Positions 25,423-34,555 of a DNA stretch of 64,000 nucleotides are shown in pieces. Position 1 is the stretch's first letter. Each line of letters opens with the position of its first letter. The notes beneath the pieces were generated by a model. That model ran no database searches and was not told the origin of the DNA. It was given only the letters and a program-made list of their open reading frames with translations. Source of the DNA: Chiloscyllium plagiosum (lineage: Eukaryota); contig NC_057752.1 in NCBI RefSeq assembly GCF_004010195.1, positions 10,637,631 through 10,701,630 on the forward strand. Direction: 5' to 3'. The position numbers were made by a program, and so were the translations under genes.

Positions 25423-26079
25423 CTAATCAAATAGAAGAAAACCTGGAGAACTGGTCACTCAACCCACCATCAAATAGAAATGTTAATGCTCATTGTAGAA
25501 GCAACAGGGCCCAAAGATACGCATAGATTACATTAATCTAGCTTTCAAAATGGCACCATTGTTCTTGGCGCTAAAATAGGCAACTGGTCTCCATGGGATA
25601 AACAATTTATTTTTGTAAAAGTTAATTCCTCATCAGCTAAAATGATTTATTTTCTTTTCCCCATCAAATATAGAATGGTAGGTAGCAGGTACAACCTGCT
25701 ACCTAATAAGTCACCATTTTAAAGGAGAGTTGATGTGTTTTAAGCAGAAGATCTGTAGGTCATAGAGGTCTACAGCGCAGGAAAGGACCTATGCCCATTC
25801 CCCCTGAAATATATTGTAATATATCTTTCAGTTTGTGCTTGCTTTTATTATCATTGCATAGGTTTGGCCTGGTACGTTTTGTGATTATTTTGCTTTGCAA
25901 ATGTAATTTTGAAAGAAAGTGGTAAATGGGAATCAGATCTCAGAAAGGGTGGGAAATGCTGAATGATCATCGACCATAAGATATCGGGGCAGAGTTAGGC
26001 CATTCGGCCCATCGAGTGAATGACTGCAAGAAATGGTATTAGAGCATTACAAAGCCGCATTTCCTAAACCATAATCACT

Positions 26080-26325
26080 TCCACTGCGAAGCCCCTTCCA
26101 TGCTACTCACCATCCTGACTTGGAAATATATCACTGTTCCTTCACTGTTGCTAGGTCGCAATCCTGGAATTCCCTCCCTAACCGCACTGTGGGTCTGCCT
26201 ACAGCACATGGACTGCAGCAATTTGAAAAAGCAGCTCACTGCCATCTTCTCAAGGACAACTAGGGACAGGCAATAAATGCTGACCCAGCCAGTCATGCCT
26301 ACGTCCATGAATGAATAAAATAAAA
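26080..26325 (+). mobile_element. 3' end of a CR1/L2-superclade LINE or LINE-related SINE
   Basis: 'caccatcctgacttggaaatatatcactgttccttcactg...ggactgcagcaatttgaaaaagcagctcac...gggcaataaatgctg...atgaatgaataaaa'. Related copies at about 20030-20250, 31520-32100 (-), 36140-36360 (-) and 38980-39190 (-). Confidence 0.75.
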
Positions 26326-26329
26326 TCCC

Positions 26330-27190
26330 ATCTCGAACAATAATGACTTGGGAAATGTTTCCTCATCTCAGTTTTAAATGGTGTACCACACAGACTTAGA
26401 CTGTGACCCTGGTTCTAGACTTCCCAACCGGGGAAAACATCCTCCCTGCATCTAGTGTGTCCAGCTCTGTTAGAATTTTATATGTTTTAATCAGACTCCC
26501 TTTCATCCTTGTAAACCCTACTGTATACAGGCCCAGCTGAACTAAGCTCTCCACATAGGATAGTTCTGCCATCCCTGGTATCAATTCTGCTGCACTCCCT
26601 CTATGGAAAGTATGTCCTGTGTTAGGTAGGGAAACCAAAGTTGCACACACTGTTCCAGGTCCTGTATAACTGTAGGAAGACATCCCTACTTCTGAACTTA
26701 AATCTTGAGCAATGAAGGCCAATATATCATTTGCCTTCCTAATTGCTTTCTGCACCTGCCTGTCTACTATAATTGACCCAGTTTTATCATTAGCAAATTT
26801 GGAAATGTTGTATTTGGTTTCCTGATCCAGGTTATTTAGATACTTTGTAAAAAGCTGGTGCCGAAGTACTGATCCTTGTGATACCCCAGTAGTCACTGCC
26901 TGCCATTTAAAAAAAAAAAGACTCATTTATTCCCAAACTCAGTTTCCTGCCTCTCAATTCTTGATTCATGCTAATATGTTACCGCCATCCCATGTGCTTT
27001 AACTTTGCCACTAACCTCTTATGTGGGGCCTTATCAAAAACCCTCTGAAAATTTAAATACACCATAATCCACTGGTTCTCCTTTATGTTTTTTTTTAAGA
27101 GTTAGATCTTCAAAGAAAATTCCAGTGTATTTGTTAACCATGATTTGCTTTTCATAAACCCAATGCTGGCGTTGTCTAGTCTTGTTAATG
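26330..27190 (-). mobile_element. Degraded CR1 ORF2
   Basis: ORF 26396..26926 reads 'WQAVTTGVSQGSVL...NISKFAND...LIKTYKILT.LD'. Confidence 0.85.
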
Positions 27191-27197
27191 TCACAAC

Positions 27198-27232
27198 CAC
27201 CTGATGAAGGAGCGTCGCTCCGAAAGCTAGTG
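27198..27232 (+). ncRNA. Putative minimal hammerhead ribozyme in a short Penelope pLTR fragment (about 27192-27278)
   Basis: CAC-CUGAUGA-A-GGAGC-GUC-GCUCC-GAA-AGCU-A-GUG: perfect 5-bp stem II, palindromic stem III and stem I CAC/GUG. Same family as 6425-6459. Confidence 0.75.
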
Positions 27233-27409
27233 CTTCCAATTAAACCTGTTGGACTATAACCTGGTCTTGTGTGATATTTCCAGGGCCACTTTCTTTATTA
27301 CTCTGGGATGTAGGTGATCAGAGTTAGTGATTTGTCAGCCTTTAACCCCATTAATTCACATATTCGTAGAGGTTTTTACGGTTAGTTAGCAATTTTACCC
27401 TCATATCCT

Positions 27410-27850
27410 ATTTAGATTTAGGTTCTATTGTCATGTACTCAAGTACAAGAGTACAGTGAAAAGTGTACAACGTCACCATTCCCAGCGCCATCTTATGTAC
27501 AAAGGTACCTAGGTACAATATCTTAGATACAAAAGTAGAAAGATAAAGCAATAAGTCAAGAAGATCAACTAAAAGTAGACAAGTAAAGTAGAAAAATAAA
27601 GAAATAAGGTTACAAGTTAAACATTACAGTCCTTTCATAAGCTATGGGCCTGCAGATGCTCCACGCTGGACTTCCCCATGAGGGCTTGCTCTCCCCTGCA
27701 ATGGGTGTTCTTTTGCCCATGCTGGGTGAAGTCCTGTCCAGGCTTGCCAGCCCCTACACGTCCCACTATCGCTTTGCTCACCAGCCACTTCACCACTGAC
27801 TGCCATCTGGGTTCACTGCCATTTGCATTGTTGTTGAAATGCTCCCAATC
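27410..27850 (-). mobile_element. Second copy of the SINE-like element seen at 21548, without the array
   Basis: 'tttagatttaggttctattgtcatgtactcaagtacaagagtacagtgaaaag...gccatcttatgtacaaag...aaagtagaaaaataaa' parallels 21550-21740. Confidence 0.65.
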
Positions 27851-27992
27851 TCCTTTTTGGATCTAATATTATCTGTCATTTCTTTTGTAAGCCATCATTG
27901 AGTTAGCTTTCCTCTTTTATTTTTACTCCAGAGAAGAATGAATAATTGTTGTCACTTATGCCCACTCCTTTAAATTTTCACAACTGCCTATC

Positions 27993-28147
27993 ATTCAAGA
28001 TTAGAGTGATCCTCATTCCTGATGAAGGGCTTTTGCCCGAAATGTTGATTTTCCTGCTCCTCGGATGCTGCCTGACCTGCTGTGCTTTTCCAGCACCACT
28101 CTGATCTTGACTGTAATTTCCAGCATCTGTAGTACCCACCTCCGCCT
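27993..28147 (+). mobile_element. Short Penelope pLTR-only insertion in a CR1 endonuclease fragment
   Basis: 'cctcattcctgatgaagggcttttgcccgaaatgttg...gatgctgcctgacctgctgtgcttttccagc'. 11-bp TSD AACTGCCTATC at 27982-27992 and 28148-28158. Confidence 0.8.
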
Positions 28148-28499
28148 AACTGCCTATCCATCGTCAACCCCTTTAATAATGTTCCCCAATCTGTCATTGC
28201 CAGCTCATACCTCATACCATCACAATTCCTTTTATTTAGATTCAGGACCCTAATTTTGGATTTGACTACTGCACTCCATCTTAATGATGAGTCCTGTCAT
28301 AATATGGTCGTTCTTCCCCAAGGGACCCTGCACAACAAGATTGTTAATGAATCTTATTGCACAGTATGCAGTCTAGAATAGCCTGTTCTCAGGCTGTTTC
28401 CTCAATGTATTGGTCTAAAAAACATCAAATAAACACTCCAGGAAATCCTCCTCCACAATGTCATTGCAAGTTTGGTTGTCCAAACTGTATAAAAATTAA

Positions 28500-28623
28500 C
28501 TGCCTATCATTCAAGATTAGAGTGATCCTCATTCCTGAAGAAGGGCTTATGCCCGAAATGTCGATTCTCCTGATCCCTGGATGCTGCCTGACCTGCTGCG
28601 CTGTTCCAGCAACACATTTTCAG
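28500..28623 (+). mobile_element. Second short Penelope pLTR-only insertion
   Basis: The body matches 10750-10850. 15-bp TSD CTGTATAAAAATTAA at 28485-28499 and 28624-28638. Confidence 0.8.
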
Positions 28624-30089
28624 CTGTATAAAAATTAAAGTAACCCATGATTACAGTTGTACCCTTCTTAACTCACTATCCCCAAATTGCTGAAAACTAA
28701 CTATCTCCAACCTGCATGCATAGACGGACAAGGATACTCTCCTCATGTCTGAATGGTTTACCAATGCTCACGATTTAGGGTTTCGCATTAAGGACAGGAA
28801 CATGCAGAAGTTCACAAGATAATTCTAGGTCAGAAAGGCCGTTCAGCCCATCCTCGTTTTTCCATTCATAAAGAGTTCATCATCACTCCCATTATAGCAG
28901 CCAATTCTTTTTAAAATGATTTCACATTTCTTGCCCTTCCCTCCAAGAGGGTATGAGTGCTGTCTGAACGCTTTGAAGAAAATGTTTTTTTAAATCTCTC
29001 TATGCTGCTTTTGGCACCTCAATGAGAGCTATCAGACGCGGAGACAGCAGATTTCAGAAATTGTTGCAAGTTCAAACCTATCAATCAGAGTATTTGCTTT
29101 CTTTATAAGTAAAGAGCATTCCTTTTCAGTATGTGTGGAATGAGGAGGTGGGGGTTTGAAATGTTTGAAAAGTTGTGAGAAGGGGGAGCGGAGACCTGGC
29201 TTCTCTCTCCACCTGTTTGCTCTTCGTGTTTTGGAGTCTGAACCTTGATGAGTCAAGGAAATTACCAAGTGAAGGAAGGAAACAAAGAGTTGCAGTTCTT
29301 TCAACCTGAATGGCGACCTTGACTGAACTCAGAGTGTGAAGCCCAATCAAAAGAGAGGTGTGTTTGAGAAATAAACCATTGACTTCCACAGCCGCATTGC
29401 TGCAGTGAGAGCAGCCCAGGAATTTGGAATCAAATTTTAAGCCTTGTATTACAGTAGCATATCAAAGTGGGTCTGAGGCAGAGGAAGCTAATGTGCAGCT
29501 GTGAGGACGCACCGATAGGACCTGTCCTGCTTCTTGTCAGTCTGACAGCTTTATTGTACACTTTGAGCAGCTGACATCAATTCATGACCAAGGAAACGAA
29601 ATAAGATGCTCCTGGGCTTGTGGGTTCCATTGGATGTAAGCCAGGCCTCAGTTTCGCTTCTATCAACCGTTTACAGGAGTTCAAGCATTTTCAAGGATTA
29701 GCTGAGTGCATGCAATGAATGGGAAAGCCCTTCTTATTGGCTACATTCCAAATAGCTACACAGCTTTTCTATTCAGACTCTATCTTGACTAGTAACACAC
29801 CTAAGAATATTATTTAAATACTCTCTGAATTTGGATAATCCTGTCATTATCCTGCACCTCTCAAAGACCACAGAGCTGCCCTGTCACTCCTCCCTTACTC
29901 TCCCTACTTTGATCTAATACCCTCTCTATGTATTGGTATTCCCTTATATAAAGGAACAACTGGCATCTTTCCCAAGAACTACACCCCAATATCTTTATTG
30001 CTAACTGTAGAGTAAAAGGAGTGACAAAGGGAAGGATTATTACTGAGCATGTGCAAAAGGAGCTATGTGCTGGTGACATCCAATCACAT

Positions 30090-31385
30090 GAACTGCAGAT
30101 GCTGGAAATCTGAAACAAAAATGGAAATTGCTGGAGAAACTCAGTTGGTCTGGCAGCATCTGTAGAGAGAAAGCAGAGTTAACATTTTGAGTCTGGTGAC
30201 CCTTCTTCAGAACTGCTACTAGTGAGGAAAATGTGGTATACAAGATCAAGGCTGTTGGTGGTGAGGAGATGGTGGATGGCAGGAAAGGATAATCAGACAG
30301 GTGGAGTAGGAGCCCAGAGAGAGATGACAACAGTTAAGCAGACAAAAAGAAAAGCTGATAAAGGGGACCATAAGTAGGTGAAAATGAGTGGGCTGTGCTG
30401 AAAGCAGCCCACGTCATGACAGGGCCAGGGATGTGGGGGTTGGTAAAGGACATAGACAAAAGTGTTCAGATTCTAAAGTTATTAAACTCGATATTGAGTC
30501 CTGAAGGCTGCAGGGCCTCCAAGTGGCTCTGCTGGGCTCCGGTAAGATATTTCTCGCCTGGGCCTGCTGCAATGTTCCAACAAAGCACAATGCAAGCTTG
30601 AGAAGCAACACTCATTTTTTGCTTAAAAACTCTTGTTATGACATGGGGTAAACCCTCCTGCTTAATATAAAACCAGCAACACAGAAAAGATTTATCCTGT
30701 GCAATAATTTGTAAACATTTGAGTGGCCAAGAACTATTTAAAGTAAAAATTAACAACTTTATTTCTTAAAGTATAACAGAGAATAATTAACTAACAACTA
30801 TTTACAATTCCTTCCTCTAACCTATCTTTTACCTTCCCTCTATCATTCTAGTCCAATAAAACTCCCAATTGAGATTTACAGAAAAATTCAAATTTTAAAA
30901 CCAGCCAGCGGTCGAATCTTCTCTTTATCCTCATCAATAGATTTGCTCTCCAGGTCAGTGTTGAGGTTTTTCTCTGTGCAAACTCCTTCTCTAGAAAGGT
31001 ACCTCTCAGAGAGTTCTCAATAGCAATCTGCATCTGTTGGTCTGGTGGCAGTTCTCCTCCCAACTGTTCAATTTTACCCAGTCTTATACCCTCAAAGCAT
31101 CGGATTGTGTTATTGGCTTTTAAGATTGTCAATATACTCAATTCAAACTTGATTGGAATTTGGTATTTTCGGGGTATAACTTAAACTGATTGGCCTAATT
31201 TGAATCTGTTTTGTCTTTCCAGGCAACCAGCTACCCAAGTAGCTGGAGTACATGTTACATTGTGTCTTATTGAGAACACTTGATGCTGTCACTGCAAGCT
31301 TTTACTCTCTTAAAGGTGCAGTACACCCACATCTTCACTCTGCAGCCTTGAGTTATCAATATTGAATTCAATAACTTAAAAAGTT
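30090..31385. mobile_element. Penelope-like fragment with an inverted end, split by a solo LTR
   Basis: Minus-strand pLTR at 30090-30215 with a decayed hammerhead ('agttctgaagaagggtcaccagactcaaaatgttaact'). 'LEALQPSGLNIEFNNFR' is on the minus strand at about 30470-30525, and the plus-strand copy 'KLEKQHSFF|..LQP...NIEFNN' flanks the LTR. Confidence 0.65.
30634..31337 (-). mobile_element. Solo LTR (704 bp, Gypsy-like)
   Basis: TG...CA termini (minus strand TGAAGATG...CATAACA). 4-bp TSD CTCT at 30630-30633 and 31338-31341. AATAAA about 125 bp from the minus-strand 3' end. It interrupts a Penelope fragment cleanly. Confidence 0.8.
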
Positions 31386-31514
31386 ATGTCTGTTTTCTAT
31401 TTTTCTTACATTCTAAATATGTCCCCCCCCCCCCCCCCCCCCCCTCTTGTTTGCTTTGCGCTTAATAGCAAGGACCAATTATCTCCCTTTCACACTTTAA
31501 TTTTTTTCTATAGT

Positions 31515-32105
31515 TCACGTATGGGACATGGGCATTGTTTATCCCATGGAGACCGGTTGACTTATTGCCCATCCCGAGTTGCCCTTGAGAAGGCGGAGGT
31601 AAGCAGCCTCTTTGCACCACTGCAGTCCATGTGCTATAGGTAGACCCACAATGCTGGTATAGAGGGAATTCCAGGATTTTGACCCAGCAACACGATAGGA
31701 TGGTGAGTGGCTTAGAGGGGAACTTGCAGGTCACAGTGTTCCCATGTATCTGCTGCCCTTGTCCTTCTAGATGGAAATGGTTGTGGATTGGAAGATGCTG
31801 TTAATGGAACCATACTGAATCGCTGCAGTGCGTCTTGTATAGATGGTACACACTGCTGCTACTGAGCATCGGTGGTGGACGGAGTGGATGTTTGTGGATA
31901 TGGTACCAATCAAGTGGGTTGCTTTGTTCTGGATGGCATCAAGCTTCTTGAGTGTTGTTGGGGCTACACTCATCCAGGCAAGTGGGGAGTATTCCATCAC
32001 ACTCCTGACTTGTGCCTTGTAGATGGTAGACAGGCTTTGGGGAGACAGGAGGGGAGTTATTCACTGCATTATTCCTAGCCTCTGATCTGCTCTTGTAGCC
32101 ATTGT
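31515..32105 (-). mobile_element. CR1/L2-superclade LINE 3' fragment
   Basis: ORF 31767..32000 reads 'MEYSPLAWMSVAPTTLKKLDAIQNKATHLIG...HHRCSVAAVCTIY'. Confidence 0.8.
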
Positions 32106-32419
32106 TTGTGTGTTGACTTGAAACATTCAATCTGTTTTCTGTCCACAGATGTAAGCTTCATTTGGTCAGGAAGGAGAGATCATATTTGGAGTGAGGCACA
32201 GCCCAAGCAAATATATATTTCAGGGATTTTGCAACAGTGTGGCAATAGAACTGGTAAATCTTCCTTTTCTTTCTCCTGTTTAAAAGTTTAAAATTCAGTA
32301 GTCTAGTTAAAAGAAAGCTGACTCAGCTGACTGAGGAACAGTTATCAGTCAGTCACCAAAAGCCTGAATAGGGCCTCAATTGGTGTTGCTACCTTTTGAA
32401 GCTGAATGAGTGTGATTCA

Positions 32420-32690
32420 TGTGAGAGGAGAGAGATTTAACAGGGACCTCAGGGGCAACTTTTTCATGCAGAGGGTGGTGCGTGTATGGAACGAGCTGCC
32501 AGAGGAAGTGGTGGAGGCTGGTACAATTGCAACATTTAAAAGGCATTTGGATGGGTATATGAATAGGAAGGGTTTAGCGGGTTATGGGACAAGTGCTGGC
32601 AAATGGGACTAGATTAATTAAAGGTATATGGTCGGCATGGATGAGTTGAACTGAAGAGTCTGTTTCCGTGCTAGACATCTACTATGTCAG
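32420..32690 (+). mobile_element. CR1 3' end fragment
   Basis: 'VRGERFNRDLRGNFFMQRVVRVWNELPEEVVEAGT'. Confidence 0.9.
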
Positions 32691-32888
32691 CTCACCTCGG
32701 CTGTATTTCAGAGAGGGTTCTGTTGAAAGTGTACTGTCAGCAAGCCTTTCATGGCCAGGGATGAGAGATCACATCTGGAGTGAGGCACAGCCTAAGTGTA
32801 TTAATTTCAGGAATTTTGGAGTGGTATGGGAATTTGGTGCAGCTGGCAAGAGGTACTTATTGCTTGCCTTTTTGGTTCCGGGTTAGTA

Positions 32889-33388
32889 NNNNNNNNNNNN
32901 NNNNNNNNNNNNNNNNNNNNNNNNNNNNNNNNNNNNNNNNNNNNNNNNNNNNNNNNNNNNNNNNNNNNNNNNNNNNNNNNNNNNNNNNNNNNNNNNNNNN
33001 NNNNNNNNNNNNNNNNNNNNNNNNNNNNNNNNNNNNNNNNNNNNNNNNNNNNNNNNNNNNNNNNNNNNNNNNNNNNNNNNNNNNNNNNNNNNNNNNNNNN
33101 NNNNNNNNNNNNNNNNNNNNNNNNNNNNNNNNNNNNNNNNNNNNNNNNNNNNNNNNNNNNNNNNNNNNNNNNNNNNNNNNNNNNNNNNNNNNNNNNNNNN
33201 NNNNNNNNNNNNNNNNNNNNNNNNNNNNNNNNNNNNNNNNNNNNNNNNNNNNNNNNNNNNNNNNNNNNNNNNNNNNNNNNNNNNNNNNNNNNNNNNNNNN
33301 NNNNNNNNNNNNNNNNNNNNNNNNNNNNNNNNNNNNNNNNNNNNNNNNNNNNNNNNNNNNNNNNNNNNNNNNNNNNNNNNNNNNNNNN
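32889..33388. other. Assembly gap of exactly 500 N (other gaps: 4906-5900 and 60462-61181)
   Basis: N runs. The round size suggests a scaffolding join of unknown true length. Confidence 0.95.
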
Positions 33389-34431
33389 GAGCATGAAGTG
33401 CAGCACAAGCACCAAAATTTTCCATTCGTGAATGTGTGACCAAGTTAGACCATTAGAGGCATCTGAACATTAAAGCTCAAAAGTGCAATATTTCAGGGCA
33501 AATGTTCAGATATCGATTTTGCATTTCTGGAAGAATCACTGCCAATTTACAAGATTACTATGGAATATACCTGAGTCAAAAAGTTTGCAATATCAGCAAA
33601 ACAAACAAGTCAGGGAAATTTCTGTTGGGGAAACTATTTTGAGCATTTGAGTTTACACATTAAGACATTGAAACAAATGTTTATATTGCAGTAATGAAGC
33701 AAGTTACTAAAGAACTTCCTTACTGCAATTGAGAGATGTGAAAACAAGTCTCCTTTTCACTGACTTGAGCACAGCAGTCTTCCACCAACACTGGCCTGAG
33801 CCATTATTCTAATTTGCTCTGGACCCACTGCTCCAAAAGTTCATTAAATACATGAGCATTAGTCCAACAAGCCTAAGTGGAAAACTGCAAACAATTTTTG
33901 GAGGTTGACACACATTGTATTTCAATTTTTAAAAAATCTAAAGCAACAATTGTGGCTAAATTTTAAATAAATATTTACGCCAAGAGAAAACTGGACAGAT
34001 GTCAGCAACTTGTACAGGTCAGTCAGATTAAAATACTGGTGTGTGAATATTTTCCACAATGGGTTAAAATAATGAACTTGCGGTTTAAACAAACAATGCT
34101 GTAAAAGTGACGTGCTAGTGTTTTACAAGAAGTTTGTTCTAAATGACTGTTCCTTGCAAAATGGCATAAAGGCAATACAGTGTGCAGAATGCTAAAAGGG
34201 AAGAAAACTAATTTTGATTGAAATGCGACCAAAATACAAAGACTGAAGAGCAACTCCAGATTATCCACACACATATCAACGAATTTGAAGAGTAACATGA
34301 TCTAAAGACATTGACTTCTAGGTCAACATGGCCATTTTAGAAACCATTCCATGTGATAAAAGGGCAATTTTACATCTGTCAACTGAACTGTCTAAAATCT
34401 TGAAGCCTGCAATGCAATATGTTTCACTAAC

Positions 34432-34555
34432 CTGTTTGTTGTGTTGGCTGAGGCAGCTGTTGACTGCGCTGAGAATTGTATGGAACCTGGGAGAGGGGCC
34501 GGTACTGCTGGTTGGAGCTTTGGTACTGCCCAGGGGGATAATAAGAAACAGGGAT
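34432..34555 (-). CDS. R3HDM2: R3HDM2 internal exon (124 nt, phase 0/1): IPVSYYPPGQYQSSNQQYRPLSQVPYNSQRSQQLPQPTQQT(G)
   Basis: Acceptor ...tcctttttctctttgagcag| and donor CAG|gttagt. The peptide matches remembered R3HDM2 'IQVSYYPPGQYPNSNQQYRPLS...QQLPQPSQQPG' and follows the 42442 exon in frame. Confidence 0.92.

Noticed and set aside
22010..25430. Long repetitive ORFs (up to 473 aa) on both strands of the 33-bp array
   Set aside because: The unit is stop-free in most frames, so ORFs arise automatically. Internal indels shift frames, and I saw no splice or start context.
28700..30050. TE-poor stretch with a TGAGTCA (AP-1) motif as a possible enhancer or exon
   Set aside because: A single short motif is expected by chance, and there is no recognisable peptide or splice pair.
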